A stretch of DNA of 35,089 nucleotides, from contig CAZKKM010000002.1 in assembly GCA_964553435.1 (NCBI GenBank), positions 1-35,089 on the forward strand, read 5' to 3'. Positions within the stretch are counted from its first letter, which is position 1; each line of letters starts with the position of its first letter. The notes beneath the pieces were generated by a model. The model was not told where the DNA came from, searched no databases, and saw nothing but the letters and a program-made list of their open reading frames with translations. Origin of the DNA: an uncultured Muribaculaceae bacterium. Lineage in GTDB: Bacteria > Bacillota_I > Bacilli_A > RF39 > UBA660. The translations under genes were made by a program, and so were the position numbers. Below are positions 24,433-33,144 of this stretch, one piece after another.

Positions 24433-26187
24433 ATGAAACTAAAAGACTTGTACATCGACTTCTTTTTGAGTAAAGGCCATGCCCAGATACCGAGCAGTCC
24501 TGTCGTACCGGAAAACGACAACACCGTTCTTTTCAATACTGCTGGCATGCAACCTCTGACACCATATTTGAAGGGCGAACCTCACCCCCTAGGTAAGAGG
24601 CTTTGCGACTACCAAAAATGTGTCCGTACGAACGATTTGGATGCCGTCGGTGATGCGACACACCATACATTTTTCGAAATGCTAGGTAACTGGAGTCTAG
24701 GCGACTATTTCAAAAAAGAGAGCATCACTTGGAGTTTTGAATTTTTAACGGAAGTCTTACATATTCCGATCGAAAAACTTGCAGTAACTGTCTTTGCTGG
24801 AAATGAACTCGTACCGCGCGACGATGAATCGGCAGAAATTTGGAAATCGCTCGGCATACCGAAAGAACGCATAAGTTATTTGGGTGTCGATGACAACTGG
24901 TGGCCAAACATGGAAATGCACGGACCTTGCGGACCGGATACTGAGATCTTTTATTGGCGAAGCGACGATCCCGTTCCTTTAAATCACGATCCTCAAGATG
25001 AGCGCTGGGTCGAAATTTGGAATAATGTCTTCATGCAATACAATCACGATGAAACTGGCTTCACTCCTCTCGATCACTGTAATGTCGATACGGGAATGGG
25101 AGTAGAGAGGACGACCGCCATCTTAGAAGGAGTGAATGACAACTATCTATCCAGTATATTTAAATCATACATCTCGCTCATCGAAGAATATAGTGGCAAG
25201 CCATACGAAGGCGATTACATGCCTTCAATGCGCATTATCGCTGACCATATAAGAGCCGTGACGATCATTATTGGAGAAAACTCGGGAGTAAAACCTTCCA
25301 ATACCGATCAGGGCTACATAGTAAGAAGACTCCTTCGTAGAGCTATTCGTCACGAAAACACCCTCGGCATCGATGTGAACGGAGATTTCCTCACCAAGTT
25401 AGTCGGAGCAATAATAGACGATTATAAGGAATATTACCCAGAACTTGAAATCAATCGTTCTTCAACTTTGAATATCATCGAGACGGAGAAAAACAAGTTC
25501 ACTCGAACACTGGAAAAGGGCCTGAAAGAATTCAATAAGGCGATCGCTCATGCGACAAATTGCCTCGATGGCGAAATAGCTTTCCATCTTTACGATACAT
25601 ACGGTTTCCCTATAGAACTGACCGTCGAACTAGCACAAGAAAAGGGACTCACAGTCGATGTTGCCGGCTTCGACGAAAAGTTTGCTGCTCACCAAGAGCT
25701 ATCCCGCGCAGGTGCTGAAGGAAAATTCAAAAGTGGACTTTCGGGAACAGGTGAAATACAAACTCGTTATCATACGGCAACTCATCTTCTCAATGCAGCT
25801 TTGAAAGCAGTTCTTAAAGATCCTAGCATTCATCAAATGGGAAGTAATATCACCGAAGAGAGAATGCGTTTCGATTTCAACTATGATCGCAAACTAACTG
25901 ATGAAGAAAAAAAGTCGATCGAGGATCTCATAAACACTTGGATAGAAGAAGATCTTACGGTCACCAAAGAAGAGATGAACAAACACGATGCTGTTGCCTC
26001 CGGAGCTGAAGCGATGTTCATAGAAAAATATCCGGATATCGTATCTGTTTACACGATCGGCACAGTCTCGAAAGAAATATGCACAGGACCGCACGTTGCT
26101 CACACTTCTGAACTTCACCACTTCAAGATAAAAAAAGAAGAGGCATCGAGTGCTGGTGTCCGTCGAATAAAGGCCATTTTAGACTGA
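24433..26187 (+). CDS. alaS: Alanine--tRNA ligase, short form (catalytic + tRNA-recognition + editing core; no C-Ala domain)
   Basis: 584 aa from the ATG at 24433 (SD AGGAGA). Class II motifs 'FNTAGMQPL', 'HHTFFEMLGNWSLGDYFK', 'DTGMGVERT'. Editing-site 'HTATHLL' and 'CTGPHV'. It ends about 20 aa after the editing core. Confidence 0.85.
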   Translation: MKLKDLYIDFFLSKGHAQIPSSPVVPENDNTVLFNTAGMQPLTPYLKGEPHPLGKRLCDYQKCVRTNDLDAVGDATHHTFFEMLGNWSLGDYFKKESITWSFEFLTEVLHIPIEKLAVTVFAGNELVPRDDESAEIWKSLGIPKERISYLGVDDNWWPNMEMHGPCGPDTEIFYWRSDDPVPLNHDPQDERWVEIWNNVFMQYNHDETGFTPLDHCNVDTGMGVERTTAILEGVNDNYLSSIFKSYISLIEEYSGKPYEGDYMPSMRIIADHIRAVTIIIGENSGVKPSNTDQGYIVRRLLRRAIRHENTLGIDVNGDFLTKLVGAIIDDYKEYYPELEINRSSTLNIIETEKNKFTRTLEKGLKEFNKAIAHATNCLDGEIAFHLYDTYGFPIELTVELAQEKGLTVDVAGFDEKFAAHQELSRAGAEGKFKSGLSGTGEIQTRYHTATHLLNAALKAVLKDPSIHQMGSNITEERMRFDFNYDRKLTDEEKKSIEDLINTWIEEDLTVTKEEMNKHDAVASGAEAMFIEKYPDIVSVYTIGTVSKEICTGPHVAHTSELHHFKIKKEEASSAGVRRIKAILD

Positions 26188-26205
26188 TCTAAAATGGCCT
26201 TTTTC
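26169..26205 (+). terminator. Rho-independent terminator after the alaS-like gene
   Basis: 13-bp stem AAAGGCCATTTTA / TAAAATGGCCTTT whose loop contains the stop codon, followed by a T-run. Confidence 0.8.
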
Positions 26206-26249
26206 TTTACACTGTCGAGTCTTTCACACATCGCAAATTACTCTTTGAA

Positions 26250-26278
26250 TTGACTTTGCCGAAGAGATTTGCTATCAT
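26250..26278 (+). promoter_or_regulatory. Putative promoter of the pilin gene (TTGACT-17-TATCAT)
   Basis: TTGACT at 26250-26255, a 17-nt spacer, TATCAT at 26273-26278. Confidence 0.45.
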
Positions 26279-26349
26279 TTTTATAGTAAAGACGAGTTGC
26301 AACACTCGCCAATTAAAATGTTTTTAAGCGAAAGGAATGATTGTAAAAG

Positions 26350-26871
26350 ATGAAAAACAAAAGAGGATTTACCTTGGTCGAATTGCTGACTGTCATAATG
26401 ATATTGGGTATACTCATGGCCGTGGCTGTGCCTAGTATCATGGGAATCAGTAAGAAACTTAAAAATAGGGGACTAGATAGCAAGATCGATGCCATCACGC
26501 AAGCAGCTGTCGTCTATGCTCAAGAAAATAGCAATAAAATAAAAGCTAAGCTCGGTGGTTCCTGCAAAGAGAATAACGACCACTGCGAATGTACCGAGAC
26601 AGATTCCGAAGGAAGACCGACCGATTGCAAATACGTCTTCACGATGACCGCGGACGACTTGATCTCGATAGGAGCTTACAAAAGCGAAAAATCGGATGAG
26701 TCTACCAATACATGCGACATCGAAGATCCGCGCAATAGTGGTTTTTGTCTCGACTGTGTCAAAATAACGGTCAAACTGGATGACGATTATAAAAATGCAA
26801 CTGCCGAAATAAACAAAGACGATGTCAAAGATGCCACGACGACATGCCAAAGAAGTGCCATTCTCAAATGA
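26350..26871 (+). CDS. Type IV pilin / pseudopilin-like protein with prepilin cleavage-methylation motif
   Basis: 'MKNKRGFTLVELLTVIMILGILMAVAVPS' has the G|FTLVE class III signal, with Glu at +5, and the hydrophobic alpha1 helix. The mature domain has 8 Cys. Confidence 0.8.
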   Translation: MKNKRGFTLVELLTVIMILGILMAVAVPSIMGISKKLKNRGLDSKIDAITQAAVVYAQENSNKIKAKLGGSCKENNDHCECTETDSEGRPTDCKYVFTMTADDLISIGAYKSEKSDESTNTCDIEDPRNSGFCLDCVKITVKLDDDYKNATAEINKDDVKDATTTCQRSAILK

Positions 26872-26885
26872 ATGGCACTTCTTTT
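26849..26885. terminator. Bidirectional rho-independent terminator between convergent genes
   Basis: 14-bp perfect stem AAAGAAGTGCCATT / AATGGCACTTCTTT (26849-26862 / 26871-26884). It has a T-run downstream and an A-rich 5' flank, and sits between the pilin stop and the minus-strand gene stop. Confidence 0.8.
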
Positions 26886-26886
26886 A

Positions 26887-27792
26887 TCATCGAACTTCGA
26901 CATAGACATTCTTATCGAAAGTATGCTCGAGTGTATCGTAAGAAAGCAATGTGTTCGTATCTATCATGTAAAATTTATGTCTGATGGTATCCGTGACTGT
27001 CGCTCCATCTTGCACGATCGGGTCATCCCAAGTGAGATCGATTTGACTCCATTCGCCATTTAAATATATCGCATTCCACACATGTTTGGAACTAGCTACT
27101 TTAAAATTTTTTACTCCAAGTTTCGATAGAGCTATGGCCATCGCATCGGCATATCCGGCACACTTCGATTTCCCATCGAGCAAAGTACCATACGCATTGC
27201 CCGAATTGTCTCCACCATTTTGATCGTAATATGTCGTATCTATGATATAATCGTGTATTTTTAAAATCTTATCTTCCAAAGCCATATCGGCCGTCAACTG
27301 CTCGGCAAATATCCTATTCAATTTGGCATTTATGGCTTCTATCATCTCATCCGTATAAGATTTAGTCACGACGACATTGACTCCTCCCAACGAATCTGTC
27401 GTCACTTTCAAATAAGTAAAATTGTTGAATGGGTGAACGAAATTGCCGATATCGGTTATGACCGTCTGATTGTTCGTCAAATCCTCGACATCTGCTAGAC
27501 AACTCGCATACTCGCTCGGACAATAGAAAGTGAATGTGTCATATCCGTTGTCAAAAATAGAATATAGAATATTCAACAAATCTTGCTTGCTATAAGGAAC
27601 GAAATCGTCAGATTTTTGAACATAGACATAATCGTTATTTTGAGCATAACTGTTTGCCGGCTCGATCATCACTTCCGGTTCAGAGCTGACTAAGTCTGCA
27701 GTATAATCGGTCAATTCCTCTAAATTTAAAACTATTGCACCCAACAAAACCAACAAAATGGTGGGGAAAATATAAGCTTTCATCTGTTTCAC
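26887..27792 (-). CDS. Secreted transglutaminase-like domain protein
   Basis: N-terminal signal/anchor 'AYIFPTILLVLLGAIVL'. The core 'GKSKCAGYADAMAIALSKLGV...HVWNAIYLNGEWSQIDLTWDD' gives the Cys, His and Asp of transglutaminase-like proteases. Confidence 0.8.
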   Translation of the reverse strand: MKQMKAYIFPTILLVLLGAIVLNLEELTDYTADLVSSEPEVMIEPANSYAQNNDYVYVQKSDDFVPYSKQDLLNILYSIFDNGYDTFTFYCPSEYASCLADVEDLTNNQTVITDIGNFVHPFNNFTYLKVTTDSLGGVNVVVTKSYTDEMIEAINAKLNRIFAEQLTADMALEDKILKIHDYIIDTTYYDQNGGDNSGNAYGTLLDGKSKCAGYADAMAIALSKLGVKNFKVASSKHVWNAIYLNGEWSQIDLTWDDPIVQDGATVTDTIRHKFYMIDTNTLLSYDTLEHTFDKNVYVEVR

Positions 27793-27850
27793 CTACTAAA
27801 GAGTATACCAAAATATCCTTTCATTTACTATATAATTATTTTACGGTTTA

Positions 27851-27884
27851 CAAAAAGAAAGATGACTAATTACTAGCCATCTCT
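27851..27884 (-). terminator. Candidate rho-independent terminator of rpsT (minus strand)
   Basis: On the minus-strand RNA, stem AGAGATG / CATCTTT includes one G-U (an A-C mismatch on the plus strand, so it is strand-specific), followed by a U-run. Overlaps the rpsT stop. Confidence 0.5.
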
Positions 27885-28135
27885 TTGACTTTCTTATTTA
27901 ATCTGCTCTTTTGACGAGCACACGTGTTTTTCTTTATTAAACCTTTACTGCAAGCCTTATCGATGGCCTTGACAGTATTTGCGTAGTTCGACTTAGCACC
28001 TTCGCTATCGTTGTTTTTGATGGCCTTTTCGGTGTTCTTGATCGCATTTTTGACTGTCTTCACATAGAAGTTATTGCTTTCTGTTTTAACTCTATCGGTT
28101 TTGACAGACTTTTTTGAACTTTTGATAATTGGCAT
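27866..28135 (-). CDS. rpsT: 30S ribosomal protein S20
   Basis: 'MPIIKSSKKSVKTDRVKTESNN...KAIDKACSKGLIKKNTCARQKSRL' is typical S20. ATG at 28135 with SD GAGGTG. Confidence 0.9.
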   Translation of the reverse strand: MPIIKSSKKSVKTDRVKTESNNFYVKTVKNAIKNTEKAIKNNDSEGAKSNYANTVKAIDKACSKGLIKKNTCARQKSRLNKKVKEMASN

Positions 28136-28252
28136 GGTTTCACCTCGTTTCACATTACAGACAGTATTTTATCAAAAAAACATGTAGTTTGCAACTAAAT
28201 TCTACAATTTTTGTGGGTTTGCTGTGGTATCTTTTACACGAGGAGTGATACT

Positions 28253-29170
28253 ATGTCTAAAAAATTCGTCACCAAAAAGAAAAACTTTGCTCTATCCATC
28301 TTCATTTGGATTCTCATCGCCACATTGGCACTCGTCGTCACCTTCAATATACTCATGAGAACTTCTATCGAAGGCCTCATGGGAGACGAAAAACTTTCCG
28401 ATAATCTCTTCACGATTGCAACTAATGAAAAAAAATTTTTGAATTTAGATCTTTTGAATCCGAGTGATCTTTTGAAATTTGGATTAGGCTACCATATCGA
28501 ATACGATTCGCCGTCTACCATACCGGATCTGACACTCATATCTGCTCATGAAAACTCTGAGCATCCTCGCATCTACATTTATAGTTCTCACGATACTGAG
28601 AGCTACGATAGTGCTTTAAAAGAAGCATACAGCATAAAATATAATGTGACTACCGGCGGATACATTTTGTCGGACCGACTAAAAGAACTCGGTGTGCCAT
28701 CATATGTCGAAAAGGAAAGTATGGTCGACTATCTGCGGGCTCACGGTCTCAACTACAACTACAGTTATTATGCGAGCAAATATTACATCGAGAAACGATT
28801 GATAGAATATCCGACGATCGAAATAATTTTGGATTTACATCGCGATGCCTTGCCTCGCTCGATGAGCATCACTACCATAGACGGCAAGCCTTGTGCCAAA
28901 GTCAGTTTTATCGTCGCAGTCGAATATCCGGGATATGAAAAAAATGTCGCCTTGGCTGAAAAAGTAAATGCCGCCTTGCCAGATGGGCTCTCTCGTGGTT
29001 TGTCCAAAGGAAACGGCTATGGTGCGAACGGTTACTTCAACCAAGAGATGAAAGAAGGTGCTTTGCTCATAGAAATAGGAGGACCAGAGAACACCATAGA
29101 AGAAGTGGCCAATACGGCATCATATATTGCCAAGGGGCTGAAATCTGCCCTCGATGAAGGAGATAGATAA
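28253..29170 (+). CDS. spoIIP: Stage II sporulation protein P (SpoIIP-family cell-wall hydrolase)
   Basis: 'IYIYSSHDTESY', 'ILDLHRDAL' and 'NQEMKEGALLIEIGGPENTIEEVANTA' match SpoIIP motifs. The context rpsT / spoIIP / yqxA-like / lepA matches B. subtilis. ATG at 28253 after AGGAG. Confidence 0.8.
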   Translation: MSKKFVTKKKNFALSIFIWILIATLALVVTFNILMRTSIEGLMGDEKLSDNLFTIATNEKKFLNLDLLNPSDLLKFGLGYHIEYDSPSTIPDLTLISAHENSEHPRIYIYSSHDTESYDSALKEAYSIKYNVTTGGYILSDRLKELGVPSYVEKESMVDYLRAHGLNYNYSYYASKYYIEKRLIEYPTIEIILDLHRDALPRSMSITTIDGKPCAKVSFIVAVEYPGYEKNVALAEKVNAALPDGLSRGLSKGNGYGANGYFNQEMKEGALLIEIGGPENTIEEVANTASYIAKGLKSALDEGDR

Positions 29171-29500
29171 ATGGAAAAGAAAAAGAAAACTAATTGGTTT
29201 AAAATAATCTTATCGGGGCTCTTCATCGTCTACATCTCTCTATATTTTCTAAATGTATCGGGTTACTATGACAGTCGTATTCGCCGCAAAGTAGAATTTA
29301 CCGAAGAACAAATAGAACAATTCGAGCGCGATGTAGCTTCCGGAGAAGCAGTCGACATCAAGGATTACCTCAAAGATCAAAACAAAGATTATACCAATAA
29401 AGCATCGAAATTCGGTTACAAACTGAGTACGGAAATCGACAAAATTGTAAACGGTACGATAGAGAACATCATAAACGTCCTTTCTAAACTGTTTACTTGA
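29171..29500 (+). CDS. YqxA-like small membrane protein (assignment mainly by synteny)
   Basis: 109 aa with an N-terminal TM helix. It starts immediately after the spoIIP stop and precedes lepA, where yqxA lies in B. subtilis. Confidence 0.4.
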   Translation: MEKKKKTNWFKIILSGLFIVYISLYFLNVSGYYDSRIRRKVEFTEEQIEQFERDVASGEAVDIKDYLKDQNKDYTNKASKFGYKLSTEIDKIVNGTIENIINVLSKLFT

Positions 29501-29549
29501 AATTGCCATATTTTTTTAAAAAGTTGCCATATCGCGTATGGTTTTTTAT

Positions 29550-29578
29550 TTGTCAAAAAGACAAAGAAAGTGTATAAT
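29550..29578 (+). promoter_or_regulatory. Putative sigma-A-type promoter of lepA (TTGTCA-17-TATAAT)
   Basis: TTGTCA at 29550-29555, a 17-nt spacer, TATAAT at 29573-29578. Confidence 0.55.
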
Positions 29579-29596
29579 GTTTCCTAGGTGAAAAAA

Positions 29597-31393
29597 ATGA
29601 AGCAGAAAAACATTCGAAATTTTTCTATCATCGCTCACATCGATCATGGTAAAAGCACCTTGGCCGACCGCATACTCGAAATTACGGGTGGAGTAGAGAA
29701 GCGAGAACTAAAAGCTCAAATGCTCGACAGCATGGATATCGAACGCGAAAGAGGCATCACCATCAAATTGAATGCCGTCGAACTAAAATACGAGTATCGC
29801 GGCGAAGAATACATTCTTCATCTCATCGATACTCCCGGTCACGTCGACTTTTCTTACGAAGTTAGTAGAAGTCTCGCCGCTTGCGAAGGAGCGATCCTCG
29901 TCGTCGATGCTGCTCAAGGCATCGAAGCTCAGACTCTAGCCAATCTCTATCTCGCTTTGGAAAACGATCTCACCATCATACCTGTCATCAACAAAATAGA
30001 TCTTCCGAATGCCGATATTCCTAAGGTCGAAGAAGAACTTTGCAATGTGCTCGGATTTAAAAAAGAGGAAATCATTCTCACGAGCGGCAAGACGGGTGAA
30101 GGAGTCGAACAATTGATACAAGCCATCATCGATCGCATCGACCCACCAAAAATAGATAACACATCCCCGACACGTGCTCTCATCTTCGATTCGCTCTACG
30201 ATGCCTATCGCGGAGTAATCGTTTCTCTGAAAGTCGTCGAAGGTTCCATTAAACTCAAAGATACGATCGAATTCTTGGCTACCGGCGAAGAGTACGAAGT
30301 CGTCGAACTCGGTAAAAATACTCCGAATATTTCTCTTCGGGATGAACTCGTTTCCGGCGAAGTAGGATGGATAAGTGCAGCCATCAAGAACATCGAAGGT
30401 GTCAAAGTCGGGGACACAGTTACAGTTAAAAGAAACGAAGCCCACGAACAATTGGATGGTTACAAACCGATGAAGCCGATGGTTTACTCGGGATTATTTC
30501 CGATAGAGCCAAACAAATACGACGCTCTCAAAGATGCCCTCGAAAAGCTCAAATTGAACGACGCGGCACTTTCCATCGATCCCGAAACCTCCGATGCCTT
30601 GGGTTTCGGTTTCCGATGCGGTTTTTTAGGACTTTTGCATATGGACGTCATCGAAGAGCGAATTCGCCGCGAATTCGGCATCGATATCATCGCCACCTCT
30701 CCATCCGTCATCTATAAAGTTACCCTCACGAATGGCGAAATTCTCGAAATAGACAGTCCGAACAAGATGCCAGAGCGGCAGATGATTTCTCTCATCGAAG
30801 AACCCTTCATCAAAACGAACATCCTCGTCCCGTCAGATTATATCGGAGCCATCATGAACCTCTGTCAAGATAAAAGGGGCATCTTCGATAACACCGAATA
30901 TATCGATCCGACGCGTGTCAACATACACTACTATCTGCCGTTATCTGAAATCGTCTACGACTTTTTCGATAAACTTAAAAGTTCGACCAAAGGTTACGCA
31001 TCCTTCGATTACGAACTAGCTGGCTATAGAGCCTCCGACCTCGTCAAAATGGATATTCTTTTAAACGGTGAACCGGTAGATGCCTTGAGCATCATAGTTC
31101 ACAAAGACTGCGCATATGCTCGAGGTCGAACGATAGTCGAGAATCTCAAAGAGATAATACCGAGACAGCTTTTCCAAGTTCCTATTCAGGCATCTATCGG
31201 TTCCAAAGTGATTGCACGCGAGACGATAAGCGCGATGAAAAAAAACGTCCTTGCCAAATGCTACGGAGGAGATATCTCTCGTAAAAGGAAACTCTTAGAA
31301 AAGCAAAAAGAAGGAAAAAAGCGCATGAAGATGGTCGGTCGTGTTGAACTTCCGAGTGAAGCCTTCTTGAGTGTTTTAAAATCTGACAAATGA
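29597..31393 (+). CDS. lepA: Elongation factor 4 (LepA)
   Basis: '[20 protein letters not shown]', '[10 protein letters not shown]', 'NKIDL', and the LepA-specific C-terminus '[26 protein letters not shown]'. ATG at 29597 is 6 nt after AGGTG; the ORF-track GTG is at 29588. Confidence 0.97.
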   Translation: MKQKNIRNFSIIAHIDHGKSTLADRILEITGGVEKRELKAQMLDSMDIERERGITIKLNAVELKYEYRGEEYILHLIDTPGHVDFSYEVSRSLAACEGAILVVDAAQGIEAQTLANLYLALENDLTIIPVINKIDLPNADIPKVEEELCNVLGFKKEEIILTSGKTGEGVEQLIQAIIDRIDPPKIDNTSPTRALIFDSLYDAYRGVIVSLKVVEGSIKLKDTIEFLATGEEYEVVELGKNTPNISLRDELVSGEVGWISAAIKNIEGVKVGDTVTVKRNEAHEQLDGYKPMKPMVYSGLFPIEPNKYDALKDALEKLKLNDAALSIDPETSDALGFGFRCGFLGLLHMDVIEERIRREFGIDIIATSPSVIYKVTLTNGEILEIDSPNKMPERQMISLIEEPFIKTNILVPSDYIGAIMNLCQDKRGIFDNTEYIDPTRVNIHYYLPLSEIVYDFFDKLKSSTKGYASFDYELAGYRASDLVKMDILLNGEPVDALSIIVHKDCAYARGRTIVENLKEIIPRQLFQVPIQASIGSKVIARETISAMKKNVLAKCYGGDISRKRKLLEKQKEGKKRMKMVGRVELPSEAFLSVLKSDK

Positions 31394-31415
31394 TAATAGA
31401 AAGAAGAGATTGAAT

Positions 31416-31997
31416 ATGGATACAAAAACTAAAAGTGACATCTTTGCCGTCGAACTAGCTCAAATAAAAGACCCAAAGATAAAAGCGAGTGCAACTACGA
31501 TAGTCGAGCTGCTACCCGATTACTATTTTCATGAGCCTGCCAGTTCCACTGGAAAATACCATCCGAGTTTTTCCTTGGGTGAAAGAGGCCTCGTTCGCCA
31601 CGTCAAAGTTGCGGTCAAGTATGCGACCGACCTTTTCAACATTTACAAATTCGACCAAGAGACGAAAGACCTCATCGTCTTTGCCCTGATCATTCACGAC
31701 GGCATCAAAAAGGGCATCCCCGAAAGCCGATATATGAAGTTCGATCATCCGCTTCTCATAGGTGCCTTTGTCAAAGAAAATGCCGATAAACTCGAACTTA
31801 CCGAAGAACAAGTCGACCGCATCGTCAAAATGACAGCCAGTCACATGGGAAAGTGGAATACCAACGAATACGAACCGAACATCGTTCTTCCTTTACCGAA
31901 GACAGTCGAAGAAAAATTTGTTCACATGTGCGATTATCTTTCTAGCAGAAAGTTCAACAATGTTTCCTTCGATAAAGACGATAACATACTTGAATAA
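31416..31997 (+). CDS. HD-domain phosphohydrolase-family protein
   Basis: 'GKYHPSFSLGERGLVRHVK' and 'ALIIHDGIKKG' give the H...HD...D pattern. Start is uncertain: ATG 31416 or TTG 31410. Confidence 0.65.
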   Translation: MDTKTKSDIFAVELAQIKDPKIKASATTIVELLPDYYFHEPASSTGKYHPSFSLGERGLVRHVKVAVKYATDLFNIYKFDQETKDLIVFALIIHDGIKKGIPESRYMKFDHPLLIGAFVKENADKLELTEEQVDRIVKMTASHMGKWNTNEYEPNIVLPLPKTVEEKFVHMCDYLSSRKFNNVSFDKDDNILE

Positions 31998-32046
31998 AAC
32001 CGTATAAAATGATATAATTGTCATATTCAGGGTAGAGGTGAAGTTT

Positions 32047-33129
32047 ATGGCTAGTATTTATATCCATATACCGTTCTGCAAGTCGATTTGTGCCTACTGC
32101 GACTTTACGAAGGTTTTCTACGACCGTGGCCTTGCCGTATCCTATTTGGATGCACTGGCCGGCGAGATAGAGGACTCTTATGACCAAGAAGAAGTAGAAA
32201 CTCTCTATGTTGGAGGCGGAACACCATCTTGTCTTTCAGATTATGAAAGGGAACGATTGAAAGAAATAATCGGAACCTTTAAAATGGCTACTAACTACGA
32301 ATTTACCTTTGAATGTAACATCGAAGACATCGATAGAAGTCTTCTCTTCGACCTGAAAGAGATGGGGGTCAATCGGCTGTCCATCGGCATCGAATCGTTC
32401 GACACCGATAAGCTCGAATTTATGAATCGCACGGCAGACTTTAAAGATGCCCAGGAAAAGATGCAATTGATGAGAGAAGCGGGGTTCGAAAACATAAACG
32501 TCGACCTCATGTACGGCATTCCATATGAACGACTTCGCGATCTGAAAAGAGATTTGAGTCTCTTTCTGAAACTAAAGCCGGATCATATCAGCACATACTC
32601 GCTCATCATCGAAGATCATACGATGTGTAAAATCAGGGAAGATGAAAATATTGCCGAAGAGGAAGAAAGTAAGATGTACTCTTACATCGAAAGGGAGCTT
32701 GCCAAAAATGGCTATCGCCATTATGAAATATCGAATTTTGCACTGCCTGGCCGAGAATCTCGACACAATCTTCGATATTGGAACAATCGAGAGTATTATG
32801 GCTTTGGTCTCGGTGCATCGGGATTCATCAAAGGGTTTCGCTACGAAAACACGAAGAATTTTGACGATTATCTCCTCGGCAACTATAAAAGCGACGAACA
32901 TTTGGTCAGTCGAACCGAAATGATGGAAAACGAAGTGATGCTCGGTTTGCGAAAGACGGAAGGTATCAATCTACAAGAGTTCTTCGATAAATACGAAGTT
33001 AACCTCCAAGATGTTTTCCCCGTAAAACCCCTTGTCAAATCGAAAGAACTGATTTACAAGGATGGTTATATTTTCATAAATCCAAAATATATTTATGTGA
33101 TGAACGAAATTTTATTGAAATTGATTTAA
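32047..33129 (+). CDS. hemW: Radical SAM heme chaperone HemW (HemN-like, oxygen-independent coproporphyrinogen oxidase family)
   Basis: 'IYIHIPFCKSICAYCDF' CxxxCxxC, 'LYVGGGTPS', 'NRLSIGIESF', 'HYEISNFA', 'SRHNLRYW'. It follows lepA as in Bacillus. ATG at 32047 after GAGGTG. Confidence 0.9.
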   Translation: MASIYIHIPFCKSICAYCDFTKVFYDRGLAVSYLDALAGEIEDSYDQEEVETLYVGGGTPSCLSDYERERLKEIIGTFKMATNYEFTFECNIEDIDRSLLFDLKEMGVNRLSIGIESFDTDKLEFMNRTADFKDAQEKMQLMREAGFENINVDLMYGIPYERLRDLKRDLSLFLKLKPDHISTYSLIIEDHTMCKIREDENIAEEEESKMYSYIERELAKNGYRHYEISNFALPGRESRHNLRYWNNREYYGFGLGASGFIKGFRYENTKNFDDYLLGNYKSDEHLVSRTEMMENEVMLGLRKTEGINLQEFFDKYEVNLQDVFPVKPLVKSKELIYKDGYIFINPKYIYVMNEILLKLI

Positions 33130-33144
33130 AAGGAGAATTAAAAA

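Noticed and set aside
29503-29532. Direct repeat TTGCCATAT x2 between the yqxA-like gene and lepA
   Set aside because: This is a short 9-nt repeat in AT-rich DNA. The second copy forms part of a weak terminator hairpin (CCATA/TATGG). There is no further evidence of function.
29936-30451. 171-aa minus-strand ORF inside lepA, plus similar antisense ORFs at 19150-19551, 23658-24077, 26473-26850, 11200-11583, 1834-2235, 2324-2779 and 8882-9217
   Set aside because: All are embedded antisense in confidently identified genes. They lack ribosome-binding sites and recognisable motifs, and they have atypical composition. They are treated as shadow ORFs.
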